A stretch of DNA of 63,523 bases, counting the filler, from Octopus bimaculoides (Eukaryota), in the NCBI RefSeq assembly GCF_001194135.2. It is 4 parts of 4 records of this genome, joined end to end, with 100 filler letters (N's around TTAATTAATTAA, not from the genome) between each part and the next. Parts side by side here need not be neighbours in the genome. Positions count along the whole stretch, not along the records: positions 1 to 20,243 come from NC_069001.1; 3 more parts are not named here. The stretch is one strand, 5' to 3'. Positions 1 through 12,614 of this stretch are shown one piece after another (position 1 is the stretch's first letter; every line of letters begins with the position of its first letter). Below the pieces are notes generated by a model. That model was not told the DNA's origin, made no database searches, and saw nothing but the letters and a program-made list of their open reading frames with translations. The translations under genes and the position numbers were made by a program.

Positions 1-80
1 GACTACACGTGTTGTCAACTGTAAACAAATGGCCACTTCATATTTCATGTGTTTTAAATATTTAATAAGTGTAAAAGAGT

Positions 81-1524
81 GGAGGCGCAATGGCCCACTG
101 GTTAGAGCAGCGGACTCACGGTCATAGGATCGCGGTTTCAATTCCCAGACTGGGCGTTGTGAGTGTTGAGCGAAATCACCTAAAGCTCCATGAGGTTCCG
201 GCAGGGGATGGTGGTGAGCCCTGCTGTACTCTTCTACTACAACTTTCTCTCACTCTTTCTTCCTGTTTNNNNNNNNNNTTTTTTTTCACATTCGTTCCCA
301 GCAAGTTGTTTTACAACTATTACACTAATTTTTCTTTCGTTTTTGAACTCGGGTCAAATGCATTAGTTTGATCTTTTTCAGTACCCCCTCGTTTTTATAT
401 ACACACAACCTTAAGTGAAATATGGTAACTTTGCACAACTTATTCTTTGAAAGTCTTAGACAACAATCTTATTTATTATCTTAGTTAAATTTTGGTTCAA
501 AACTTGGCATATCTACGCAGTGTGCCGCACCCCCGAATTTTTTTTTTTCCTTAGAACTTTCATAAAAATTAATATTCTTCAGTGAGATTTTCCACAAATG
601 AACGTCAGCTGTTGTAGATTCTGTGATCCTCTGTTTGGCTGCACCTATGGAAACCTTAAACATTAGTGAAAATTTTAAGATTTGGTATATTTTCTGATTT
701 TCTACATTGAATCTCAGGGGCTAATTCATTTTTTCAAGANNNNNNNNNNNNNNNNNNNNNNNNNNNNNNNNNNNNNNNNNNNNNNNNNNNNNNNNNNNNN
801 NNNNNNNNNNNNNNNNNNNNNNNNNNNNNNNNNNNNNNNNNNNNNNNNNNNNNNNNNNNNNNNNNNNNNNNNNNNNNNNNNNNNNNNNNNNNNNNNNNNN
901 NNNNNNNNNNNNNNNNNNNNNNNNNNNNNNNNNNNNNNNNNNNNNNNNNNNNNNNNNNNNNNNNNNNNNNNNNNNNNNNNNNNNNNNNNNNNNNNNNNNN
1001 NNNNNNNNNNNNNNNNNNNNNNNNNNNNNNNNNNNNNNNNNNNNNNNNNNNNNNNNNNNNNNNNNNNNNNNNNNNNNNNNNNNNNNNNNNNNNNNNNNNN
1101 NNNNNNNNNNNNNNNNNNNNNNNNNNNNNNNNNNNNNNNNNNNNNNNNNNNNNNNNNNNNNNNNNNNNNNNNNNNNNNNNNNNNNNNNNNNNNNNNNNNN
1201 NNNNNNNNNNNNNNNNNNNNNNNNNNNNNNNNNNNNNNNNNNNNNNNNNNNNNNNNNNNNNNNNNNNNNNNNNNNNNNNNNTACTACAACTTTCTCTCAC
1301 TCTTTCTTCCTGTTTCTGTTGTGCCTGTAATTCAAAGGGTCAGCCTTGTCACACTGTGTCATGCTGAATATCCCCAAGAACTACGTTAAGGGTACACGTG
1401 TCTGTGGAGTGCTCAGCCACTTGCACGTTAATTTCACGAGCAGGCTGTTCCGTTGATCGGATCAACTGGAACCCTCGACGTCGTAAGCGACGGAGTGCCA
1501 ACAACAACAACAACAACAACAACA
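81..1524 (+). mobile_element. tRNA-derived SINE with (AAC)n tail, split across two gaps (81-268 and 1282-1524)
   Basis: A box tggcccactggttag, B box ggtttcaattccc; 3' part ends in (AAC)n at 1500-1524. Tail fragment also at 2695-2795. Confidence 0.8.
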
Positions 1525-1872
1525 AGTGTAAAAGGACCGTTTTTACTTCTGCAAAGAGATTGTCCATATTAGCCCGCCTCCTGCCCTTTATTCTTTGACC
1601 GATTCAATATGGGAGAGTCTACCAGCTGTTTGCTCTCCATTGACATATCTCTCAAAATCACTGAGGCACACACACTACAATGTACTGCAACAAGGAACTG
1701 AACCTTGACTGTAATGCTACCCTTTAATTTTCACCATGATGTTTCTATATTAAGTTCTTTGCACTATATCCATTACATACGGTAATGCCATGGTTAGATA
1801 TCCGAGATAATAATTCTAATGCTACCAAAACTAATAACAACCAATAATTTTATACCAATGTCATTTTGCTTT

Positions 1873-1941
<69 letters not shown>

Positions 1942-1989
1942 CTTAAGAGCCATTTATATCATTTGTTAATGGATTACTTCATTTTATAA

Positions 1990-2420
1990 TGTACTATACA
2001 GGGTATCTGGGGAAGAACAATAGATCGAAAGTGGAGATATGCTTACACAACACTATATAACAGAATCTAGGAGAATTTCAGCTGTTGATTTATTACAGAC
2101 TCATAACAGTGCTTTGGTTCGTGTTTCGTCTGTCGTAGCTGACCAAATGAGACCAGATTGTCTGCATCAGAGCAGAGATAACTTAGTCTTTCCACATCGG
2201 TTGTTTTGACATCAATAATCTTACGCCACTAAATGTCCTATGCTTTCCAATGACAAATCAATCATTGTAACAAGGCAATAAATTGTTAGTGACTGCGTAA
2301 TGTATGAAGCGGTCATCTCGACAAGATGTCCTTTTAAGCAACATCTTCTTTCTTATTGAGGTGGTTTTCCAATCGGCACTGTTCTTATCATTTCTGCAAG
2401 GACCTTGGTAATGATGTGTA
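1990..2420 (-). mobile_element. Possible highly decayed Tc1-like transposase relic
   Basis: Scattered weak matches in manual translation (RTSCRDDRFIH, NSPRFC, SVI*CCVS); no TIRs seen. Confidence 0.3.
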
Positions 2421-3872
2421 ACCTTTTAGCTTACAGATAACTCCGTCACTTATAATGCTCCTTTTTATTCAAATTGTTTTGGATCAATCCTGCATTATCG
2501 CAGAGCTTTAAGATTTCAGTAATGTGATTGTCTATTTTTAGAATGACATTATAGGGCAGGTGTGATAGGCCAGACCTGCTCCGTTTTAGCATAAAACAGA
2601 TAGAATAGTCAGACCAAATTTTAAATGCTGAAGGGTTAAGCCTGTATAGGTTGTATTAAAATACAGTAATACCTCGACTATTGCAGGTGTTACATGTCTG
2701 TGGAGCACTCAGCCACTTGCCTGTTAATTTCACAAACAGGCTGTTCTGTTGATTAGATCAACTGGAGCACCTTGTCATAACCAACGAAGTGCCAGTTGTC
2801 CATCACCCTCCACCTACTTCGCAACCGATGTTGGTTTGTCTACGTCCAATCACTTGGCAAAAGAGACTGAGAGAATAAGTACCAACATTAAAAAAAAGAG
2901 ATAAATTAGTTCTGGGATTGATATACTCAACTAAAAATTCTTCAAGGTGTTGCCGTAGCATGGCCACAGTCTAATGACTGAAACAAGTAAAAGAGGAAAG
3001 ATATAAAACATGTTATACATTGGTGCAGGTGTGACTGTGTGGTAAGAAGTCGGCTTACCAACGACATGGTTTCTGGTTCAGTTCTACTGCATAGTACCTT
3101 GGGTAAATGTCTTCTACTATAGCCTCAATCCAACCAATACCTTGTGAGTAGATTTCGGAGACGGAAACTGAAAGAAGCCCACTGTCATCATCATCATCAT
3201 CATTGTGATTTAATCTCCGTTGTCCATGCTGGTATGGGTTGGACGGTTTGACTGGGCTGGCACGCTGGGAGGCTGTGCCAGGATCCAGTCTGATTTGGTA
3301 TGGTTTTCTATGGCTGGATACCCTTCCTAATGCCAACCACTCCGAGAGTGTAATGGGTGCTTTGTGTGTATGTGCACACACACACACAAATATATATACA
3401 TACACAATTGTGTGTGTGTGTATATATATATATATATTTATGTGTGTGTGTCTTTGTGTCTCTTTGTTCACCACCATCACTTGACAACCGGTGTTGGCAT
3501 GTTTACATCCCTGTAACCTAGCAGTTCAGCAAAAGGCTATAAAAACTAAAACTAAGTACTTGGGTTGATTCACTCAACTAAAATTCTTCCAAGCGTTGCT
3601 CCAGCATGGCCACCACCAATGACTAACACAAGCAAGAGATAGATATATCACAAAGATTAAACTATTTGGTAAAGATTAGATTGAGATTCCTACTTGATTT
3701 CAGACAAAGAATGCCAACCCCGACTGGCATAAAAGTATAAATGTTATAAATGAGAAGCACCATTTATTTGGTAAAGCAAAGGACAGCTTTGTTATTTTAT
3801 TCAGTTCCTGTCAATATGCCTACCATTTTGGCGTTAATAAATGCATAGGATTTCTATATATATATATTTATT

Positions 3873-3903
<31 letters not shown>

Positions 3904-4245
3904 GTATGAAGAGTTTTAGTTGCTAATGCATTATTTATATATACTTACAAGCTTAACAAACAACTGACAACGAAGATTTTGGTCACGATGACGACGACGA
4001 TGAAGATGATGATGGGGATGGTGATGATGACGGAGATGGACAAAATGGTGTTGGTGACGTGGATGATTCAGTCGATGTTTACTGTCATTCTCACTATGTC
4101 ATAACAGAGGAGTTTAAAAGAGACGACTTGTAGAAAGCATTCAATAGGTTAACCCCATTAACCTATCATTGTACTATCATTACCAATAGACAAGAAAAAA
4201 AAAGAAAGCAAAAAAACCCCTGCCCCTGCCATCACTGCTGCTACG

Positions 4246-4285
<40 letters not shown>

Positions 4286-5214
4286 ATGTGTCTGGGATAA
4301 AAATGCTCTAAGATCTTGTGCTGTCTCTTTCCATTTGAAACAGTCCATGAATATTTTATAAGAGTGGTTGTGTGGTAAGTAGCTTGCTTACCAATCACAT
4401 GGTTCCGGGTTCAGTCCCACTGCATGACACCTACTATAGCCTTGGGCTGACCAAAGCCTTGTGAGTGGATTTGGTAGACGGAAACTGAAAGAAGCCCATT
4501 GATGTATTCGACTTACCCCACTACCCCGAAATTGCTGACCTTAAGCCAAGATTTGAAACCACTCTTATTATTATTACTGAGTGAGAGAGCAGTGCATGCC
4601 ATCAAAGTGGCACTGGGGTAAAACCTATGAAGCCTAGTGCACCCCTCATGACCACCTGTCTGATAAGGGTACAGCAGGCACATGCATCACAACCATATGT
4701 GTGTGACATAGTGATCTCATATCAAGATAAACAGTGCATGACTTTTCAGGTGGGGCCCAGTTAGAATGCTCATACACCATCTTCAGTGGGAGAGTCCATC
4801 ATCATCATCATCATCACAATCATTATTATTATTGTTGTTGTTTCAATGTGGTGCATCGTTTGGATTGAGCAATCGTAGTAATTGGTTGCTGTTACTTACA
4901 TTGTTAATTATACAAAACAATCTTCTTCCATAGAAATTTAATTAGTTTTGAGATTTCAATAATATTAACAAAACCTCCCCACAAAAAAATGTAAAAGAGG
5001 AAATTCTACTGAACCAGTCCAATTAATTTAAATTATAACTTCTATCTATTGGCATAAATTGTCTTCACATTCACCGAAAAATTTCCTTCCTCCTCAACAA
5101 ACAGAATCAGAGAGATGATGTTACAAGTAAACAACGTGAAACTAATGTTTCTACGTTGAAATCCATTGTTTTTTTTTTATTTTAGCTTAATTCAAAGATT
5201 ACTCATGATTATAT

Positions 5215-5547
5215 GTTGTTGTAGGAGCACTCCACCGGTCATGATGACGAGAGTCTCAGCTGATACGATCAATAGAACAGCTTGCTCGTTAAATTAATGT
5301 ACAAGTGGCTGAGCACTCCACAGACACATGTACCCTAAAAGTAGTTCTCAGGGAGATTCAGCGTGACACAGAGTGTTACAAGGCTGGCCCCCTTTGAAAT
5401 ACAGGTACTATGCATTTTTGCCAGCTGAGTCGACTGGAGCAACGTGAAATAAAGTGTCTTGCTCAAGGACACACGCGTCACCGAGAATTGAACTCATGAC
5501 CTTACGATCATGAGCCGAATGTCTTAACCACTAAGCCACATGCCTTC
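5215..5547 (-). mobile_element. tRNA-derived SINE with a CORE/V-like centre and the same 3' tail as the SINE at 81-1524
   Basis: Minus strand: GTGGCTTAGTGGTTAAGAC head, GTGTCCTTGAGCAAGACACTT centre, ~190-bp shared tail, (AAC)n end. Confidence 0.75.
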
Positions 5548-5671
5548 ACACGAATATATATTGCACATAGACATACATAGGTGCTGGCATGGGTGTGTGG
5601 TAGGAGGCTTGCTTCCCAGCCATGTGCTTTTGGGTTTGGTTCTAATGTGTGGCATCTTCGGTGACCAAGTT

Positions 5672-5843
5672 TTAAACCAACAGGGTTTGGGGTCTAACCA
5701 TATTCCATAATGTTAAACCCTTTATGGATGGGTAATCCAGGGTAATCCCATTTTGAAGAGGCCTTAAGCCAACAGCTTTTGGGATCTGATGATACGCCAT
5801 AAAGCTAAGCCCTTTATGGACGGGAAACCCAGGGTAATCCCAT
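5672..5843. repeat. Diverged tandem duplication, period 92 bp
   Basis: ttaa(a/g)ccaacag at 5672/5764 and cagggtaatcccat ending at 5751/5843. Confidence 0.8.
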
Positions 5844-6056
5844 AAACTAGCCTTTTCCAGTAAAAAAAAGGTGTGTGTGTGTATATATATATATATATAT
5901 CATGGCTGCAAACTCGTGTTCAAGTATTGCCATCACCTGATAGAAAGTCCCACACAATTTTTTATAGTTGGGAAAGGATTTGCACAAATCCAATCCCACT
6001 CTTAGAATATGGACCACATAAGGACAGAAAAAAGAACCAGTCTACATCATCGAATA

Positions 6057-6256
6057 TTGTCAGTGTCACAGGTTTTCTCTCAGAGTTTCCATCCAACAAT
6101 ATATGTACATGTGTATGTATGCACGAGGACGTGGAAATACCTGGGTTGGTGTCTAGTCATGTGGTTGGTCCACTGGGAGTGGGAGGCCCCTCTGTTGTTT
6201 TCACAACATCTCTCTAATTGAGGGGAAACTCTGAGAGGAACCCTGCTACACTGACC

Positions 6257-6257
<1 letters not shown>
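6057..6257. mobile_element. TA-flanked MITE with ~34-bp TIRs
   Basis: ttgtcagtgtcacaggttttctctcagagtttcc vs reverse complement of ggaaactctgagaggaaccctgctacactgacca; TA on both sides (6055-56, 6258-59). Confidence 0.7.
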
Positions 6258-6313
<56 letters not shown>

Positions 6314-7053
6314 CATCANNNNNNNNNNNNNNNNNNNNNNNNNNNNNNNNNNNNNNNNNNNNNNNNNNNNNNNNNNNNNNNNNNNNNNNNNNNNNNNNNN
6401 NNNNNNNNNNNNNNNNNNNNNNNNNNNNNNNNNNNNNNNNNNNNNNNNNNNNNNNNNNNNNNNNNNNNNNNNNNNNNNNNNNNNNNNNNNNNNNNNNNNN
6501 NNNNNNNNNNNNNNNNNNNNNNNNNNNNNNNNNNNNNNNNNNNNNNNNNNNNNNNNNNNNNNNNNNNNNNNNNNNNNNNNNNNNNNNNNNNNNNNNNNNN
6601 NNNNNNNNNNNNNNNNNNNNNNNNNNNNNNNNNNNNNNNNNNNNNNNNNNNNNNNNNNNNNNNNNNNNNNNNNNNNNNNNNNNNNNNNNNNNNNNNNNNN
6701 NNNNNNNNNNNNNNNNNNNNNNNNNNNNNNNNNNNNNNNNNNNNNNNNNNNNNNNNNNNNNNNNNNNNNNNNNNNNNNNNNNNNNNNNNNNNNNNNNNNN
6801 NNNNNNNNNNNNNNNNNNNNNNNNNNNNNNNNNNNNNNNNNNNNNNNNNNNNNNNNNNNNNNNNNNNNNNNNNNNNNNNNNNNNNNNNNNNNNNNNNNNN
6901 NNNNNNNNNNNNNNNNNNNNNNNNNNNNNNNNNNNNNNNNNNNNNNNNNNNNNNNNNNNNNNNNNNNNNNNNNNNNNNNNNNNNNNNNNNNNNNNNNNNN
7001 NNNNNNNNNNNNNNNNNNNNNNNNNNNNNNNNNATATATATATATATATATAA

Positions 7054-7340
7054 GGTTGAGGAGGGTATTGGATTTAACCAAACCCCGGAGGATACAGGTA
7101 ATACCGAGTAAGTGCTGTATACGGATTAGTTTGCCCCAAGTACTGTTCTCTCTTTTTTCAGCACATCACACTCTTTACCACTTCATACTAAAAATATCCA
7201 CCTATGGATATAATAATAGATTACTTTATTGTTTCTGTCTCCGATGAAGGGAAGTACTGGATCTTCCCAGAAACAGCTGTAAGACTCTATCCATAAAATT
7301 CTTTAACCTTACCTTTGCTCTCATTATCTTTTTGTTTTTA
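7054..7340 (+). mobile_element. Putative Penelope-like element terminal-repeat relic carrying a hammerhead motif
   Basis: Hammerhead-like fold at 7237-7285 in a non-coding, AT-rich, LTR-like context. No RT or GIY-YIG sequence is visible. Confidence 0.5.
7237..7285 (+). ncRNA. Minimal type I hammerhead ribozyme relic
   Basis: GUCU-CCGAUGA-A-GGGAAG(8-nt loop)CUUCCC-A-GAAA-CAGCUG-UA-AGAC: stem I 4 bp, stem II 6 bp, palindromic stem III, GUA cleavage triplet. Core deviations are U4C and an A.A pair at 10.1/11.1. Confidence 0.65.
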
Positions 7341-9529
7341 TATATTTACATATATATGTGTGTACATAATGGTGATGTTGATGTTAGATCGTATGGTTGA
7401 CCATTCTTGGTGACTGTTGAATGGCCATTGCTATAATACAAGTGACTCAAAGGATGAGAGATTGATGATGATGATGGTAGTGGTGGTGGTGGTGGTGATG
7501 ATGGTGATGAGTTTTCTTAAACTGTTACCACTGAGGCTGTACTGCTGTCAATATATTTGTTTATTCACCAATTCCTGTTGATGAATCAACAAACATATTG
7601 TTTGAGAAATATTTACAAATCTTAAAAATAAATCTTGAATTTTTATAATTTTGGGATTTATGATATATTTTTTAGAAATATAAATAATAAATAAATAAAT
7701 AAATAAATAAATAGCTGATTCTGAATTTAAATTTAAAAAGATAAATATTATTTATAAGGATGATACATTATGGTCAAATGAAAAATTTTTATATGATTTT
7801 TCATTTCTTTGAATTTTCAAATGTTTGTTTTTGCTCTTGTTATTATCTTCTTTCTTTTTTTTATTAAGAAAAATATTCCATTTCATTTTTCATTGTAAAA
7901 GATATTTCTTATTTAAATATTGAATTATTAACAATCTTCCAAATATATATTTGAAATATACTGCAAGGTTAAAGTGGGCTGTAAACTTCCAATCACATTT
8001 CTCAAAATTCTTTTGTATAGAATAATAATATTTTAAGAATTGATATAAAAATTTTCACTTTCTTTCACAACTTCAGTCTGAAGTTTCCAAAGCACGTTAT
8101 GGTTTTATTTTTCATTTCATTTTTCATTTTTTCCTAGTTTTGACAAACTTCTCTCTAAGCACAAAATAAAATCACATTAATTCCATCTGTACGAAATGTG
8201 TGGAGTCTTCACCTGAACTCCGGTTGACCCATCAATTTGTTTCTTTTGGAATTCAAAGGAGACACCCTCGAGCCATGTATCAATGCCGACAATGTTTTCT
8301 GTCTTTTGATATGTCTGACATCAAAATCAGAGCTTGCTCACCGAGAGAAACGACTAACAGACAGACACTAAGACAGATAACAACTGAGTGACTAATATCT
8401 CCATTTGAAATGATATTTTTTTCCCCTGTTCCCTCCATCTCATATATCCTGATATCATTTTATTAGTTTTATCTGAGCAATATTATTATTATAATTCATT
8501 CATATTGTAGTTTTGTCTCCTTTTTCTATGTCTTCAAAACTTCCTTGTCACTTTAACTATCACCATCATTCAACATCCGCTTTTCGGTGCTTGCATGGGT
8601 CAGGCAGAGTTTATTGGTACGTGTATGTATATATATATATATATAAGTGTGAATGAGTGTGCGTGTGTATATATATATATAGGTGCAGATGTGGCTCTGT
8701 AGTAAGATGTTTGCTGGCCAACCATATGGTTCCAGGTTCAGTCACACTGCATGGCACCTTGGGCAGGTGTTTTCTACTTTTGCCTCATGCTGACCTTGTG
8801 CCCTCCCTTCAAAATTTTCCTGGGACCAGCCCTGCTGAGGTATATGAAATCCATTTCCCTCTCCTCTGAAAAATTGCTGGCCTCAAACCAAAATTAGAAA
8901 GGATTATATTAGTTTTTCTCCATCTCTAAGCAATAATATTATGTGTAGTCACGTCATAGTGTTGTTTAAGGAAGTGACCTGACAGAATCGGTAGAATGCT
9001 GGACAAAATGCCTTGCAACATTTTCTTCTATATTCACACTCTGAGTTCAAATTCCATTGAGGCTGACTTTGATGTCATCCCTTCAGGGTCTATGAAATAA
9101 GTACCAGCTTACTGGGGTCCCCTTCCCCCAAATTTCAGGCCTTGCACTTAAAGGGTATTGTTGTTTTCTTTCCATTTCTTATATCTTCAAAAAAAATTAT
9201 TGGCATTATACCAAGACATTAAAGTTTTGAAATCATTTAAAAATCCCATTTATAAGATGACAAAAAAAAAAAAATAATAATAATGAATTTTTTTATTTAT
9301 CATTTCACTGATCTGTTAAAATTTATAGCCTGACCTAAAGCATGAACAATGAATTTCTTTTAAAACTGTAACTTTGACCCACAATAGATAAAATTTTGGA
9401 TATAAACTAGAAATAAAATCATTCTTAGAGTTCTGAATGGTGAGATTTATTTTCTCCTTATAGCAACATATTCTCAGTTTATTTCATAAAAAAATAAAAC
9501 TGTCTCCATTAATTTCACAGATTTTTGTA

Positions 9530-9570
<41 letters not shown>

Positions 9571-10075
9571 ATGAGAGAGTGAGTGAGTGAGTGAGTGAGT
9601 ATGTATGTGTGTGTGTGTGTTTCTTTTTCCTCTAGATATAAAATAATGTTTTCTAACAAGTGTAGCTGTGTGGTAAGAAGTTTGCTTCTCAACCACATGG
9701 TTCCCAGTTCAGTCCCATTATAGGGCAAGTATCTTCTACTATACTCTTAGGCTTAAAAAAGCTTGTGAGTGGATTTGGTAGACGGAAACTGGAAGATGAC
9801 GACATCTGCTCCAGTGTTCCACTGGTACTTCTTTCATTGACCCTGAAAGGATGAAAGGCAAAGTCGACCTCAGCAGAATTTGAAACCAGAACATAAAGAT
9901 GAACAAAATACTGATAAACATTTTCTCTAGAATGGTAACAATTCTGCCAGTTCCCTGTCATAATAACAGTCACACATCGATGTACTTTAGTGTTTGGGGA
10001 ATTGCCACAAGTTATCTCTTTGGCATTTCAACTGACCATATCTGGCCCAAATATTCTACTTGTATTGTGTTCAAA

Positions 10076-10285
10076 CTGACCAGACTCAGCCTGTTACAAT
10101 CTGACTGGACTCAGCCTGTTACAATCTGACCAGACTCAGCCTGTTACAATCTGACCGGACTCTGCCTGTTACAATCTGACTGGACTCAGCCTGTTACAAT
10201 CTGACCAGATTCAGCCTGTTACAATCTGACCAGACTCAGCCTGTTACAATCTGACCGGACTCAGCCTGTTACAATCTGACCAGAC
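10076..10285. repeat. 25-bp minisatellite (CTGACCAGACTCAGCCTGTTACAAT) x8.4
   Basis: Units start every 25 bp from 10076 to 10276 with few substitutions. Confidence 0.95.
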
Positions 10286-11339
10286 TTGGTTTCTGAAGGC
10301 CATTTTAAAAATAGTTATTTCTTGATGATAGTTTATAAACTATCATTAAAATGTCAAAGCTGTGAGCTAGGCCATGATTAAATTTGGAGCAAAGTTAAAA
10401 AGTTAGCCTTACATTTGATCAAGTAATCTGAAGGATAGAGAGTTAAACAGAGCATAATTTGAAAGACCGACATGTTTGTGTGAGATTTCATTTCATATTG
10501 GGCAAAGGTTTTATGGTTGTTTTTTTAGAAAAGTTGAAACAGGCCTGTAAGGAGGATTGTTTAAGCTGTCTACAATGTCTTGACTAGCACCAGAATTGTA
10601 AATTTATATGTGTCACTTGGCTTGACAAATGGTGTTGGTTTGTTTATGTCTTTGCGATTAAGTGGTTCAGCAAAAGAGACAGAGTATGTACATCATCATC
10701 GTCATTTAACATCAGTTTTCCATGCTGGCATGGGTTGGACAGCTTGACAGAGACTGGCAAGGTCAGGGGCTCCCCACCAAGTTCTGTAGTTTGTTTTGAC
10801 TTGGTCTCTGTAGCTTGATGCCCTTCCTCATGCCAACCACTTCACAAAGTGTACCAGGTGCTTTTTATGTGGCACCATCACCAGTGCTTTTTATGCGGCA
10901 CCAAAAACACTGGGGTTGGCTCCAGAGTAACCACAGTCCAGTGACTGAAACAAGTAAAATAGATAATGATCTCCAATATCAGTTGATTCCATTCTTATTC
11001 CAAGCCTCCTAAAAGAACACTAAGAACCATTTTCTTTGCTTCAAGAACAAATGTCCTAAACTCTCACCAACGGTTACCCATCTCCCTCCTGACTCAACAA
11101 TCCCAGTTCTCAACAAGAATTTATAGAAAAGAAAGTTAAAATTACTAGATTTTTCTCTCTTTCATTTTAATTCGTTTATAAGTTTTGGGAAATTTGGAAA
11201 ATATCTGATATTAGTGACTTATCAGTGAGAAGACAAGAGATATCAATTATTGTCCATACAGAGATATCAAATGACATTTTGTTTTTATTTCATATTCATT
11301 CAATTTATATATTTACAATTGATAGAATATATCACTTTG

Positions 11340-11467
11340 CTTAAAATTAGTATAAACAAGACATATATATATATGTGTGTGTGTGTATGTGTAAGTTTGT
11401 GTGTGTGTGCATGAATGTATGTATACATGGAGAATGTATGTATGTATGAATGTATGTTTGTATGGAG

Positions 11468-11500
<33 letters not shown>

Positions 11501-11653
11501 ATGAATGTACGTATGGAGAATATATATATATATGTGTATGTATGAATGAAGAATACATGTATGTATGTAAAATAACTATATATGTACGTATGTATGGTAA
11601 AAACATGTATATATGTACATATGTATGGAGAACATATGTATATAAGTACTTAT

Positions 11654-11703
<50 letters not shown>

Positions 11704-11800
11704 GCACACAAACACACACACACGTACATATGTATTTATATATGTACAGGCAAATATATGCATCTACATACGTATACAAGTGTGTGTGTACAAGTACGTA

Positions 11801-11844
<44 letters not shown>

Positions 11845-11845
11845 A

Positions 11846-11880
<35 letters not shown>

Positions 11881-11990
11881 GCATACACACACACAAACAC
11901 ACACACATATATACACACACACGTGTGTGTACATATATGTATGCATGTACATACATATGTTTGTGTGTGTGTATACATACACGTATATCC
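11340..11990. repeat. Compound (TA)/(TG)/(CA)/(TATG) microsatellite field, representative of many
   Basis: Similar fields at 15520-16010, 18950-19430, 26105-26640 (TC), 48370-48497, 53600-54350, 57380-58660, 58700-59830 and 62520-63470. Confidence 0.95.
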
Positions 11991-12614
11991 TATGTAGTAT
12001 TTTTTCTCCATACTATCCACTACTTCATGACTTTGATATATAATATATCAGAAAGTTTTACTTCCTACAGTTATTGGAAATGTTGTAATCTAAATCATTT
12101 CACAATTAAAAGATTCATGAAAAAAATATAAGAGCTTTTGTGATCAGATCTGAGTCTTTTGTATCCTTATGTTTCAATATTGGATAAAATATAAATAATA
12201 AAAGTTCAATAATATATGATAGACCATTGAATAACTGAAAGAAATTCTTTAACAGCCATGTTGATATTGCTGGTATTATTGTTGTCGTAATCAATTTTTA
12301 TTTATATATTTATCTATTTATTTATTGCTGTTGTTGTTGTTGTTAGTGGATTGGACAAAATGCTTAGTAGCAATCTTTTTAGCTCTTTATGTTCTGAGTT
12401 CAAATTCTGCCAAGGTAGACTTTGCCTTTCACCCTTTCAGGGTCAAGAAATTAAAATTAAACACAAGTTGTGTACTGGGGTCAATCTAATCGCCTGGCCC
12501 CCATCCCCCAAATTTTGAGCCTTGTGCGAAGAGTAGAAAAGAAAAGGAAAGAATGTCTCTCTATTCTTTATTAAAAAAAATCTAACTTTGGTTCTTTGGC
12601 CATGAATTTTGAAG

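Noticed and set aside
81-150. tRNA-like A/B boxes (also in other SINE heads)
   Set aside because: There is no complete cloverleaf or acceptor stem, and each continues into a SINE body; not tRNA genes.
682-1389. Long ORFs made mostly of X (also at 6080-7081, 52572-53989, 57884-58693 and 61430-62372)
   Set aside because: They read through N gaps and are not real coding sequence.
3960-4135. Acidic open frame DNEDFGHDDDDDEDDDGDG...
   Set aside because: Decayed (GAT)n microsatellite with no convincing splice context or start.
10076-10285. Regular 25-bp repeat array resembling a CRISPR array
   Set aside because: The units are contiguous with no unique spacers, there are no cas genes, and the context is eukaryotic; it is a minisatellite.
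11313-12131. Many overlapping ORFs rich in CV/YI/HT dipeptides (also at 15441-16132, 18906-19456, 58706-59964 and 62700-63303)
   Set aside because: They are translations of (TG)/(TA)/(CA)/(TATG) microsatellites, open in many frames with no domain content.
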